Positions 26,529 through 41,067 of a DNA stretch of 64,000 bases are shown here, one piece after another (position 1 is the stretch's first letter; each line of letters opens with the position of its first letter). Position numbers and translations under genes: made by a program. The DNA lies in NCBI RefSeq assembly GCF_006345805.1, contig NC_043015.1:806001-870000 (forward strand), read 5' to 3'. This DNA is from Octopus sinensis. Taxonomy: Eukaryota. The notes below the pieces were generated by a model. The model made no database searches and was not told the origin of the DNA. It saw only the letters and a program-made list of their open reading frames with translations.

Positions 26529-26550
26529 CCTTCTATATAATAAATTAAAA

Positions 26551-26591
<41 letters not shown>

Positions 26592-26608
26592 CTTTGTCAT
26601 CTCATTTT

Positions 26609-26644
<36 letters not shown>

Positions 26645-27843
26645 ACAAGATAACAAAGGACTAAACGCTTATCTTATGAACTTCATAGTCTTACAGATGT
26701 TTCAGTCACTGAGCTCACATTGAGTACCTGAGTAATTCATTATAACTTCATTGCAGTCTCGAGTATGACGTGTAATATATTTGGGTATAGAATGTACATC
26801 TATACATAGGAAAAAGCTTACCAATGAGAAATAAAACAGTTATGTGAGGGATGGAAACCAAGGGCTTCCCCTATAAATAATATATATGTGTGTGTATGTA
26901 TATATACATATACATAAAAATGATTCTTCCCTTTTGTGTGTTCGTTTGACCCATAATGTGAAAGTAAATGGTTCAAAGGAGGCAACTGTGCACAAGCCTA
27001 TGACGAACTGCATTGAGTCAAATATATTTATATATACATATATATATAAATATATATATATATATGTATATGTATATATGTATATATGTATATATATATA
27101 TATGTGTGTGTTGTATATATATATATCATATATATATATTATATACATGCATATATATATATATATATATACATACATATATATACAGAGCAAGAGAGAA
27201 AAAGTGAGACAGAGAAAAAGAGAGAGGGAGATAGATTAATAAATAAGATATGTTTCTTTATTAGCCACACAGGGCTGCACACAGATAGAACAAATTACAA
27301 GGTAGAGCTTTTCTTTTGAAGGTTTAAAAAAAAAAGGAAGGGGGTAGAGTAGAGTCGATCAAAAATGGGATCGTAAAAGGAGAGAAAGAGGACAAAAAAA
27401 GGGGGGGGTTAAAAAAAGGGGAGAGGAAAAAAAAAATTGATCAATAGGGATCGTTATCACAGAAATGTCAATATGAAGTGTTAAAGGGGAGGACAGGTGA
27501 GGTTTACCCGTGGAAAGAAAAGCCTACGGAAAAGACCACGGTAACCTCGGTCAATGGAGTCACATGTTATATTTCTTTTTTTTTTTTTTGCGAATAAGCA
27601 ACTCTGTTTTCAATTTCTGGGTTCATAGGATCATGCTCAAAGTGGCTTCGTCATTCATACGTGCCATTCTTGCTACATTCACCCATCTTTTTTAAAAAAT
27701 TCGCTAGACAAAACTTGCCTCTCTACTCTCACTTTCCTTTTCAAGTGGTACTTGAAGAAGTTGATGAGAGATTGACCAGAGACGAAAGTGTTTGTCTCCA
27801 ATCCTTTCAGACGCGTCCACCAGATACATTCTTTCGTAAATAA

Positions 27844-27931
<88 letters not shown>

Positions 27932-28532
27932 AATAGCTGATGTAATGATGCATGGTTGATTGATTTCTCTAGTCACGAGTTATAATATGTATAGATAAGA
28001 TGAGAGGATAAAAAATACAATGCAGCGAGAGTTAACATAAATGAAACAGGATTAGTCCAAATGCCAGATTTCGTGGCAGGCAATGGGTAAGAGAATCTTA
28101 CACATACGGTGAGATTGAAAGAATCAGAGAAACTTAGGATGCTGGAGAGAGAGAGAGAGAGAGAAGTTTGAAATGAAACTACAATTATGGGAGGTGTACA
28201 AATTTGCAGAGATTATATAGAGTAGACAGAAATCATTTGCTAAAATTAAGAAGCAAAATCAAATTGATATATTTTTTTCAAATATTTACAAGACAAGTTC
28301 GTTTTATTTTATGTCTTTTTTCAGGAAATAAAAATAAATTTCCTTTGAAAATTAACGTTCATATCATCAATTTGTTTACGCACCAAAAAATATTTTTGTC
28401 AATTAAATTGACAAAATTATTCTACTGAAGTTAGCCATTACACAAATAAAGTCAAATATACATGCTTATAATTTGGCTAACACACACGAAACAAAATAAT
28501 AACGAAGTCAATCATATAAATATAAATATATA

Positions 28533-28927
<395 letters not shown>

Positions 28928-30013
28928 GTATATCTATATATGACATACAGAACAGCTATATCGTGGAGTTTATACTAAACTCGGCATTAAATATTTCCCC
29001 TAAAATATTTTGTTGGTGTCGACAGTTTTAATAAATCAGAGTTATTAAACAATATTCCAGACAAGAATTTATGAAAGCTAGGATACATTTCTGGTAAAAC
29101 CCGCCAAGAGCCGCAGAAACAGTTGAATAACCAAAAAAAAAAAAAAAAACCCAAATGTATGGAAAAGAAAATAAATGAAAGAATATTAAAAAAAAAACAA
29201 TAAACAACACCGTACTGGAAGTTTATGTTTTGGCTGTTTTGTTTTAAATATTTGTTGCTTTGTTTTATTTATGCGAATGAATAAAGCAATAATCTCATCT
29301 AAACAAAACCAAAGTCGGTATGAAATATATGTCTGCAGTGTGAGACAAAGAAAACAAAAGATGTTTCTCTGTAGTGTCGCTGAGGTATTTCAAAGAGACG
29401 ACGCTGTATTCCCATGGAGTTTTACAATAGAGAAATATAAAAATACATTATTTCCCATGAACGGACTAGGTATTGCATGGGTGTATGTGTATACGTGTGC
29501 ATGTGCGAACGCGTGTATACTGGATCATGTCCGCCGTACGCTTTGAATGCGTGAGTATGTATGTATACATGAATCTATGTATGTATGTATGAATGTATAA
29601 ACGTATGTAGAGACATGTGCGAATCTTTGTAGCCGTGCTTCGATATATGTATAATTATATATAAGAATATGTATGCGTGTATATATGTATGTATGTGTCT
29701 GTCTATCTATCTTTATCTCTCTCGATATAAATGGATAAGTAGATTGATAGATAGATAGATAAATAGATAGATAGATACATACATACATACATATATACAT
29801 ACATACATAAATATACAGTGCCCCAGTTGCTAACCGTGAACTATAAAATTACTTTTTAGTGCTTATCGAACAGCTATATGGGAAATGATTACAACCTTCA
29901 AAGTCAATAACTGCTATTGTTCCTGAAAGTTGCTTTTTATACATTCTACCGACCAGGCGAAGCTTACTGCTTTCTAACACATTGATTCATGGATCTTAGG
30001 TTTTAATATTATA

Positions 30014-30051
<38 letters not shown>

Positions 30052-30172
30052 CGACACACCATCGGTTACAGGGACGAGGGTTCCAGTTGATCCGATCAAC
30101 AGAACAGCCTATATCTATCTATATATCTATATATATGTATGTATGTATGTATATATATATATATATAATATA

Positions 30173-30224
<52 letters not shown>

Positions 30225-30316
30225 ATATATATAACTTCATCTGCAGGCCAACAGGAAAATTTGCATTGAAAATCAAAAAGATACAGTGGAACCATGGGTA
30301 CTCAAAAAGAATTTTA

Positions 30317-31147
30317 AAAAATCAAACCCCAAAGTTTTCTATTCACATGCAAGTAAGCAAGTAAGCTTAAGACCGATGTCTCATCCCTCCGTCCACTGAT
30401 TGATGATAACGTCATTCTCCAACATGATGCTAAAGATATGGCAGAAGTACTGCAGAAACAAAATTCTTCTGTCTTCAGTGATCCCACGGACATAACCCTT
30501 ATTGCTTCATTCATCATAGCAGCAATCAATCAGATGAAATACTCTTCTGCTGTAGGCCCTGATGGATTCCCCGCTAGTCTCCTGAAGGAATGTCGATACC
30601 ATCTTGCAGTCCTTCTAACCAACCTCTGGAGAAATTCTTTAGACTCAGGATATATACGGAAACAGCTCTTAACCCAGTTTGTTTTCCCGGTTTTCAAAGA
30701 GGCAAACATATCCCTCGCGCTCAATTATTGCCTAATATCATTCACCTCCCATTTCATTAAAATGTTTGAAAGGGTGGTGAGATTAGGGATAGCTAGCTCC
30801 CTGGAGAGCTAGAATTTCCTAAATTAAAACCATGTCTTTCGGTGCAGCTGGAACGGTCTAACACAGCTCATACACCATATCGATGATGTCCTTAAAGCTT
30901 TGGGAACAGATTCAAACTCTAATGTCATATATTTTTTCTTCAATAAAGCTTTTATAGAGTTGACCACAATATCCTACTGTTAAAATTGTGAAATGTTGGA
31001 ATCAGTTGAAAACTATTACACTGGACTGAGTATTCCCTGGAGAAGAGAACACATCTCATTATGATCAGTGGAATCTAAACAAGTCCAGCTGACCCCGAGA
31101 GGAATATCTTGGGCCTGCTTCTATTTATAGTCTATATAAACGACCTA
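30317..31147 (+). pseudogene. Decayed CR1/L2-clade LINE reverse transcriptase fragment
   Basis: ORF 30438-30812 has SAVGPDGFPASLLKEC...LWRNSLDSG...NYCLISFTSHFIKMFER. Downstream frameshifted LTQLIHHIDDVLKAL and ILGLLLFIVYINDL. Confidence 0.85.
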
Positions 31148-31160
31148 TTTGGTTATCAGG

Positions 31161-31530
31161 ATGTTTGTCACTGAGCACCCTGAGAACAAGCTTTGCATAA
31201 CTTTTGCACATGCAAAGATCTTCGTAAAAAAGTCTCTACACAGTTGCCATACTAACTTACGAGTATATGTATGTTGTCTTTAACATCACAAAACAGTCTT
31301 TATACAGAAAATTGCATATTTTCTCAAATACATCTAAGGTCTCTTGTTCTGAGGTTTCTTGTCTACCCACACCTTTCACCAACACTCATCTCCCCACGAC
31401 AGGTACTAAAGCTCTTGTGCAAGCGAAAATGTTAAACTATAAGTAGTCTGGAGCGTTTCAAAAGATTCTATAGCGTTTTTGCCCGGTTTCACGCAAAAGT
31501 TCATTGCATAGCAACTTTCGAAATTCGCTT
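31161..31530 (-). pseudogene. Decayed mariner transposase N-terminal fragment
   Basis: Minus-strand remnants YAMNFCVKPGKNAIESFETLQTTY and EDLCMCKSYAKLVLRVLSDK resemble the mariner HTH region. Confidence 0.7.
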
Positions 31531-32256
31531 CACGTCCCAACAGTATTCTGCAAACTAGTCAGTTGTGACAAGCTGTGTGTAGCAGGTTGAATTCAAAGCG
31601 CTGTTGCAGTCGCCTACTTCAGTCACAAATAGGAAAAAATATGGGATGTCATATTTTTTGACGTATAATAATGATATAGAAATCGTACTAGAACTCAAGA
31701 CACACATAAATACATCTCTGAAAAAAAGTCTTAAATTTCGTGGAACGACCATCATACACACACACATACAGACACATGGAGACACACAAACAAACACACG
31801 CACACAGACAAACACATGCACGCACGCACAAACACGAGCGCGCGCACACACAGAAACACACATATACAAAAAAGCACAAACACGCACGCACAAATACGCA
31901 TTTCCTGAATCTTTCTCTTGTTGGATAGAATCACAGGGTTTATGGGTCTCAACTTAGTGATAGAGTCTTTCCTTACGATGGAAAATATTTTCACTATCTA
32001 TGGGGGAAATTAAAGTACAATTGAAGTACATGCATACATACATACATACATACATACATACATACACGTATACATATATACATACACACACGTGTACATA
32101 CTTACACATATTTATATATGTGTGTTTCAGTGGGTATGTGTGTATGAGTGCGCCTGTATTATGCATAACCAATTTCACTTCAATCACTTTTTCTGTCTCT
32201 AACCCACCTCTCTCTCTTTCCCTCTCTCACTCTCTCTCTCTCTCTATATATATATG

Positions 32257-32289
<33 letters not shown>

Positions 32290-33282
32290 CTTTGTATGTA
32301 TGTACGTATGGGTGTTTATATGATATATATATGTACATGTATATATACATATGCATGTGCATATATATTTAAATATATATGTATGTATGTATATATGCAT
32401 GTATGTATACGAAGTATGAAGAATGTGCCTAAGGGTGTCTGCTACGAACGAAACACGTTTATTCGTTTCCCCAGTTGTAATAAGAACAACCAGAGATTGC
32501 AAACTTTAGTGCAAATTCCGACAAAAATAGACAAAATGTTTTTTTTTCTCATGTCATGACATGCCGTTACAGCCTTAATTACATTGGATTATGAATTTAA
32601 ACGGTTTCGTAATTTTGTTATCTCATTTCATCAGACATATAACACACTACATCAAATATTAAAGAAACTTTCATTCTTTTCTTCTCTGTATTCATATATA
32701 TATATGTGTGCGTGTGTGTGTGTATGTGTGTGTGTGTACATATGTATTTATATGTATACACACAAACACACACATATATGATAGGCATATATGTATATGT
32801 ATAGATATATAAAGAGAGAGATAGAGACAGAAAGACAGATAGACAGAGAAAGGGAGAAAATGAGGGATAATGAGAAAAGAGAAAGAGAGAAAATGGCTAA
32901 GGTCAGTTGGGTGAGAATTTGGGGCATCTCCAGAGAAGCTCTCAACCCGAATACTGGGATATCAACATTGTTATGATCCAAGCCGAGGCATGAATAATCT
33001 GAAGTAGAAAATCCAAGTTTCACGACAATTATACTATCTTATGGTTTAGGCGAAGACTAAAGAATCCTAAGAACAGAAGAAGACAAAGAAAATTCCCTTA
33101 CATTTGTTTAATTATGTGTTACAAATGTTTCTGCTCCATCTCCACTTGCAACGCCAGTTTACGCGAAAATTCTAAAAGAAATATTAGGTAATATCTGCGG
33201 CTGGAGAGGCACGTCCTCAAACTTGCATCAAATTCGTGCCATGAAAATGTGCGCATGTCAGATGTATATATATATATATATA

Positions 33283-33831
33283 AATCTGGTGCCCGCAGAT
33301 ATGGAATCAGAACTATCGATAGCAGCCAAAATTGCGTTTGACCCTCTGGCTGATAATTGGTGAGGAGTTAGTGACATTCGGTGTTTTCTGTTCAGTTGTG
33401 ACCGATGTTCGGGCAACCCTGATATTTCTTTCTTGGTTCGACTACCATTCGTGCAACACAAATCTTCCTCCCTGTGCCTGTCAAGTCTCATGTTCCTGCC
33501 GTAAGGCTTGTCCTTAGTCGAAAGACACCTGTTGTTATTTCGTGTTATTGGCATTTGTATTTGTGTAACATTCTTCGATTTTTTCCGTCCTTGTTTTCCT
33601 TCAAGGAATCTAATGCTCTTAGCTTAGTTTTTATTTCGAACTGGCCAGATTGGAGCAATCTCGGGTATAACTAGCCGAAATTGCAAAGATAATGTGTAAT
33701 TCGACGGAGGAAAGAAAACTACAAATGACCCGTCCTTGTTTTTTTTCTTTGTATCATCTATTTGGATATATTGTCCCTTTTTTGTATCACATAACCATCT
33801 TGATGTTTTGCGTTCTTGTCCCATTTTGTAT
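33283..33831. mobile_element. Longer copy of the unclassified (TA)n-embedded repeat
   Basis: 3' half is homologous to 28577-28826. Bounded by (TA)n on both sides. Confidence 0.6.
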
Positions 33832-34121
33832 TATATATATATATATAAATATATATATATATCTACATATCTATATATATGCATATATACATACATATAT
33901 ACATACACATACGTAGGTATGTATGCATGACAAAGTAAAGGTGGGGATATATAAACTTTAGAATGCTAAAAATATTTAAGATTAGACTGTATGAATACCT
34001 AATGATATAGGCAGATATATAAAGAGAGAGAGAGAAAGACAGACAGAGACATACATTAAACCCTCGACTATCGTGGGTGTTACGCGCTAAATCCCCCGCG
34101 ATATGGCGAGGGATTAATGTT

Positions 34122-34172
<51 letters not shown>

Positions 34173-34428
34173 ATATGTATGTATATACATATATGTATGT
34201 TTATTCGAGTTAAAGAAAAACATAAAACTCCTGTACGTCACACTTTATGAGAAATATTATCTGGATGTCACAACTTTTATGTGTTTCTTTTCTTTTGTTT
34301 TGCATAAATTTTCCCATGAAATAGTTTGCGTTTTCCTCACGGATAATGTTTTTGCTTTAGTTGTAATGCGTATATATCTACCTAATAGTAGTAGCAGCAG
34401 TAGTAGTAGTAGTAGTAGTAGTAGTAGC

Positions 34429-34490
<62 letters not shown>

Positions 34491-36169
34491 CGCCAGCGGT
34501 AGAGCCTCGGCAGCATTGGCAGGTGCATTAGTACTTCTATGGTAGTAGTATCCACTAGAACGATGATGATGATGATGACGATGACGACGACGTCAACGAC
34601 GACGACGATGATGATAATGATCATTATAATGAATATGATTATGATGATAATTATTATGATGATGATGGTGATTGATGACCACGACGACAGTTGCTTATAT
34701 TTGCTACAAGAACAAAACATTTTGGTACACTCAAAAAAAAAATGTTCTCAAGTTTTTGCGGGTAATTCAGAAAGATCATACTAACAAAGGCAGAGGCGAA
34801 GGATATGAAATAGAAAAGTATACTTCGTAGAAATATATGTGAACACACGGATGATGAAGTATTTCAAACACTAGAGCCCTTCACATTAAGGCCAATCTAA
34901 GAATGTCACACATCGAAGCATACTCTGACAGCCAGAATCACATTTCTATCCTCATCTCTTGTCCTCCAACATGCAGACGCATGGTTACGATAGTCCTATT
35001 CATTTAATAATTTTATCACATGCTACTGTATGTTGTGATATTAATTATTGTAATGATATCGTGCTCTAAGTTTGTTAGCTAACCATTGATGATATTTCGC
35101 GAGGAAATAGTAATAAATCTTATATATCTTTTATATCATAAACCTTTTACATGTTTCAATCATTGGACAGCTTTTGCAGAACCGCTAAATGAAGGGCAGG
35201 TAAACAAGCCAACTTTGGTTACCAGTCATAGAAAAACGAAATCGATACCCTAACAGATAAGCGCAAACACAGACACAGACAAAGGCCCAGACAATCCCTT
35301 CTGCACACACATACATAGACGACTGTCTTTCACAATGTTTCCAGCTACAAAATTCCTTCGCATGGCATTCATCCGTGCGGACCTATTGTTAGAGCAGGAC
35401 GCGAAATTGTATATTGTGATTTAGTTTCCAGCTTTCTAAAGTAAGCTGCAATGTAAAACTAGAAAATTTATAATTTTTTAAATTGCTTAAGTGTACACCA
35501 GTTTACATTAATATTCGGCATGTTATTGTATTTGCGCAGACGAAACTCAAAATTCAAATTTATAACGCTATTGATAATAACTGTATATTTAAAACCCTAG
35601 CTTCATATTCAATAAAAACTGGAAGTCCTTCATGTAACCGTGCACAATTCCGAATGATATTTAATTAGAAAACTATAATGGATGCTTTTTCTTTTTGTTT
35701 TCAAAATTTGAAATGGCTGTTTGGGTCCAGTAGAGTTAAATAAGAATCAAAGCCGTCCACTATCAAAAGTGATTGAGACTCTCGTGTCTACACATTGGCG
35801 CAATATCTGATCCAGGCGTCATATCCCTGGAACTTAAGACAGATATTTTATCTTCTTATTTGACTCTTTGAACAAGTAGGGTATTTTACTTTCCTTCAAA
35901 TAAAAATTGATGCGTAGGACGAAGATTTTCTACAGCATTCCACCCCCGTATCTTAACATAACTGTTGTGATGCCATCTTACCAGTAGCATTATCTGCTTT
36001 CAGAATGTAATGAAAAAAAAAAGATAATACCGTATCTGCCAGACTCTTCAGTAGCACATGCCTATACAATTTAGACGTGGTTTTCAACGAGGAGGATAGA
36101 ACATCAGTTGGCTACGGCCCAAAGGGCCATGGACAGATATATGCTAGTAATAGCATTAGGAGGGCTTTT

Positions 36170-36495
36170 TCTTTTCTACTCTAGGCACAAGGCACGTAAT
36201 TTTTAGGGAGGGGGACCAGTTGAATTGATCAACAACAGTACGCAACTGGTATTCAATTTATCTATTTCTTTACTACCCACAAGGGGCTAAACACAAAGGG
36301 GACAAACGATGACAGACAAACGGATTAAGTCGATTACATCGACCCCAGTGCGTAACTGGTACTTAATTTATCGACCCCGAAAATATGAAAGGCAAAGCCG
36401 ACCTCGACGGAATTTGAACTCAGACGTAGCGGCAGACGAAATACTGCTAAGCTTTTCGCCCGGGGTGCTAACGTTTCTGCCAGCTCGCCGCCTTC
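36170..36495 (-). mobile_element. SINE family M (tail 1) joined to a tail-2 fragment
   Basis: CTAGGCACAAGG (tail 2) at ~36182 followed by CTATTTCTTTACTACCCAC (tail 1) at ~36262 and a full head at ~36495. Confidence 0.8.
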
Positions 36496-36551
36496 TGGCA
36501 CATAATTTATCGACCCATTCATCATAGAATACCGAAAGCAAACTTAACTCT

Positions 36552-36730
36552 AGCCTGGACATATCCGTAAGTTTCACAGACAACAGATGGAATCGTGCAG
36601 TTGCCGAGTGGTATCCATGAGACTGGAAAATGGCATTTTGAGGGCCTCTATGACGATAGGAAAACAATTTAGTTAAAACGTTTTGTGTAAAGATGAAAAA
36701 AAATGACGCAATCAAGAAGGAATTGGGAGT
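36552..36730 (+). pseudogene. Decayed RTE-clade LINE C-terminal fragment
   Basis: FTDNRWNRAVAEWYP*DWK...GPL*R*ENNLVK...RRNWE resembles the RTE C-terminal RW..W.P...GRP..RW motif. Confidence 0.65.
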
Positions 36731-37430
36731 TCATTGTGACTAGCAGTGTACTACAGTATCTGATAATCATGTCGATACTGTGATGTATATACGTGCGCGT
36801 TTGTGCCTTGTGTGTATGTGTGCTTGTGTGTATACATAAAATTATATGTTTACATGTATATGAATAAACGCGCGTACATGTATATATTATTAGTAAAGCT
36901 TTTTAGGACGTACCAATGCTTATATTATATTTTTAATTTTGGTTTTTGTTAAGTATTTTCTCTTCCATTTCACTTCCAATTTATTCCTCTATTCAGCCGA
37001 ACTTGTACGTCAATACTATTCACACTGACTTCAATAACAAAATATATCGCAACGAGAAAACCCAACAACACACGTTACCAGTTATAACAATAGCAACAGT
37101 ACATGCAAGCAACACAAAATCGACCAACAAAACACACATAACACAGCACAGCATATCCCACAACATCAATAGTTGTGTAGTCCTTTTGTTTATTTGTCGC
37201 GTTTGTTTCATTTGAAGTAAATTCCAACTGACATTCAGGAAAGAAAACAAACACCGAAGAAGAAAAGGGAAGAAGGTTCATTCCCCAACTTATTCTTCTG
37301 ACCATTGTCACCACAACTATTACTAATGCCATCACCAATTCCTCCAACACCCCTCAACGCAAACACGGCCACGACCATCACCATCATCCCTATTACCACC
37401 ATTATTATTGACAAGAATTGTCGTTCGGAA

Positions 37431-37908
37431 CAATACCTATTTCTTTATTACCCACAAGGGGCTAAACATAGAGGAGACAAACAAGGACAGACATAGGTAT
37501 TAAGTCGATTACATCGACTCCAGTGCGTAACTGGTACTTAATTTATCGACCCCGAAAGGATGAAAGGCAAAGTCGACCTCGGCGGAATTTGAACTCACAA
37601 CGTAGTGACAAACGAAATAACGCTAAGCATTTCGCCCGGCGTGCTAACGCTTCTGCCAACTCGCCGCCTTCAATACCTATTTCTTTACTACACACAAGGG
37701 GCTAAACATAGAGAGGACAAACAAGGACAGACAAACGGATTATATCGACCCCAGTGCGTAACTGGTACTTATTTAATCAACCCCGAAAGGATGAAAGGCA
37801 AAGTGGACCTTGGCGAAATTTGAACTCAAAACGCAGCGGCGGACGAAATACCACAAAGCATTTCGCCCGGCGTGCTAACACTTCTGCCAGCTCGCCGCCT
37901 TCAATACC
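37431..37908 (-). mobile_element. Head-to-tail dimer of two full-length SINE family M copies
   Basis: CAATACC at 37431, ~37671 and ~37902 punctuates two near-consensus units. Confidence 0.9.
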
Positions 37909-38464
37909 GCCACCACAAACATCAATACTACGCGCATAACTCCCACCATCACCATCACAGAAGTAACTGCCGCCACCACAATGATCAAAACCACATATAT
38001 TTTCGGACACATATATTTTAACCATATATATTCTATATTTTAACTATAAATGCTTATCAATATAGGATTCCATTCTAGGGACAGCACTTCTGCGAAATGA
38101 TCGTAAGATGCTTTAAAAACTTAATTCAAACTTTTAAACTGCCATATATATTATATATTAATACTTATACATATTTACATAAATTTATATATATAATATA
38201 TATATATATTCATATTTTTAATACAACAAGTATTTTACACACGTATATATCTTTCTGAAGAATTTTCTAATATATGTTTCCAGATATTAATAATAATATA
38301 TTACAAAATATATATAATCGCTCGTAGTGAATACATAAATACTTTAATAGTATTAATATTTTAATACAATACAGCACTGAATATAAATTCAGTATATGAT
38401 ATTCTCATTAAATATATTTAACTAAAGATTTATATATATTTTAACCAGTGATATAAATTTTACC

Positions 38465-38830
38465 TTTTATTTGTTTTAGTTATTAGACAGCGACTATGGC
38501 GTGGCATCCGCTTGATGAAATTCTAGTCGAATGGCCCTAGTATTTACTTCTGTTCTAAATCTAGTACTTATTCTATCGGTGTCTTTTGTCAAACCCCTAT
38601 GTTACGGGAACGTAAGCAAAACAGCACCAGTTTACAAACGGTGCGTGGAGGATAAACATTAACTCAGGTACATAAACACAGACACATGTATATACATAAC
38701 GAAGTTTTTTCAGTTCCTTTCTAACGAATTTATTCACAAGATTTTCTTTAACCCCAAGCTACAGTATAAGACATTTACCCATGGTACGACGCAAAAGGAC
38801 TGACCCCGCAACAATGTGATTAGGAAGCGA
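38465..38830 (-). mobile_element. Diverged SINE family C copy
   Basis: TAGTACTTATTCTATCGGTGTCTTTTG...GTTACGGGAACGTAA matches the family C body. Confidence 0.6.
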
Positions 38831-39053
38831 TTTTCGTATTTGCAAAATATATCTCACCGGATAAGCGTTCCTTTCAGGAGTTGATACAAGGAGCACCAGG
38901 CAAGAATTTGGGTGATTGAAGTCGACATACCTTCTTCTTCTATAAATGCTGAGATAGACTGAGTGATATACAGATAGAAAGACACATAGATAGAGAGATA
39001 CATAGATAGACACATAGAGAGATACATTGATAGACACATAGATAGATACATAA

Positions 39054-39093
<40 letters not shown>

Positions 39094-39106
39094 GTAGGTA
39101 GGTAGG

Positions 39107-39174
<68 letters not shown>

Positions 39175-39767
39175 GATATAGATAGACATTCGTACATGAA
39201 TTCCTACATATATGCACACGTGAAGGTGTACGAGTGAGTTCGTGTAGGTGTCTAGGCGGGCACGCGTATGAAAGCGTATATGTGTATAACATAATGTGTA
39301 TCAATGATAGGCACAAGCGCACATTTTTCCTCCTCTCACACACACCCAAACACACAAACACTAACTCACATACGCATTTTTAATGTACGTGCAAGTCTAG
39401 AACATCGTGAAGACATAACTGATACTCCCCAAAAACAGTGTCCTTCACATCAAGATTTCACACATTCGCACGTAAACAACCACAAACACGCATACACACT
39501 TACAAATACAAGCGCTCACTGATTCACTCACTCACACAAACGTACAGACACACCCACAGACATACACACACACACAAATACGCACACACAAGACTTCTCT
39601 CTCTTTTTCTCTAGTCGGATTCTTGTCCGCTTTTTCTCACACACATATATACCGTTAAACGCCTGTGCTTCTTGTCTGCCTGTGTCTCTAATGTGTGCGT
39701 GTGAATAAATGGATACATATATCCATACATCTGTCATTCTCTCCCTCTCTCTATATCTCTCTCCGTT

Positions 39768-39853
<86 letters not shown>

Positions 39854-40639
39854 ATATATATATATATATATATATATTTCTTTATTTATTTATCCGGCAT
39901 TTATAGCGAGGTACAGAAACGATCCAAGACAGTTAAAGGAAATACAGCAACACAGATGTGTAAGAGAGAATTCCTCTCTCACGTTTATCCATTTCTATAT
40001 CTTGAAAAAGCACGTTTCTTTAAATCTGGCCCTAATTTTAGTAACAATTTTTTTTCGGCCCTTAATACCTCTCCTTTCCATTAATTCTATTCATATACTA
40101 ACATTTTTCTCATAATTCTTTAAAACTTTATTCGATTTCTGCTTGTGGCGGTATTTTTGTCACTCAATATTTGTGAATAATACTATTCTACGTCTTTGGT
40201 TTTCTTTCTCAAATTCATTTATCTTAATTTTATTTTATTCTCGTGTTTTTCTCCCCTTTCCAATATTTATTTTCTATCTTTGTATATTTTATTTTATTTC
40301 TTTTATCATTGTTATATTTCTTTTGCGGTTTTTCGTTGATTATTTATGGAGTAAAAATAGCTTTCAAAATAGTCTTGTTTCAGTTAACTCATTCTTGGTC
40401 GTCAACTTCAATATGTTTCCGACATGAATTCAAACATATTTTATTTATTTCTCTGTTTAGCTATGTTTATGTTGCTAATTTTATTACAAATTTCGCTATA
40501 CAATTTCTTTCCAAACGAGTAAAACAACTCATCCAATAAACAGATTTAAACAGACATAGATTTCATTATGTCTAAACATGAATAATTTAAATATAATGTC
40601 ACTAATAGACGAGGTTCCACTGATTTAAATATTCTCTAG

Positions 40640-41067
40640 TATTCTCTAGGCACATATTCTCTAGGCACAAGGTCCGAAATTTGGAGGGAGGGATCCAGTC
40701 CATTACATTGTCCCCAGTACGCAACTGATACTTAATTTATCGACCCCAAAAGGATAAAAGGCAAAGTCGACCTCGGCGGAATTTGAAGAAATCAGAACGA
40801 AAAGACAGACGAAATATCCCTAAGTGTTTCGCCCGACGTGCTAACGTTTCCATAATTTTTATTGCCCACAAGGAGCTAAACGTAGAGGAGACAAACAAGG
40901 ACAAAGAGATTAAGTCGATTACATCGACCTCAGTGCGTAACTGGTACGTAATTTATCGACCCCAAAAGGATGAAAGGCAAAGTCGACCTCGGCGGAATTT
41001 TAAGAAGTCAGAACGTAAAGACAGACGAAATATCCCTAAGTGTTTCGCCCGACGTGCTAACGTTTCC
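40640..41067 (-). mobile_element. Tandem pair of SINE family M units with different tails
   Basis: Tail-2 unit (TATTCTCTAG x3 tail repeats) then tail-1 unit. Both are truncated at GCTAACGTTTCC. Confidence 0.85.

Larger units (their letters stand above)
25919..26548. mobile_element. Inverted pseudo-LTR pair of a Penelope-like element (family P1) within (TA)n
   Basis: Arms 25984-26246 and 26247-26548 are reverse complements, with a ~65-nt left extension. A hammerhead motif lies on each arm and (TA)n on both sides. No PLE coding sequence seen, so the family assignment is inferred. Confidence 0.7.

Noticed and set aside
30070-30110. ~30-bp match (GTTCCAGTTGATCCGAT.AAC.GAACA) to ~56238-56265
   Set aside because: Probably fragments of another repeat family, too short to classify.
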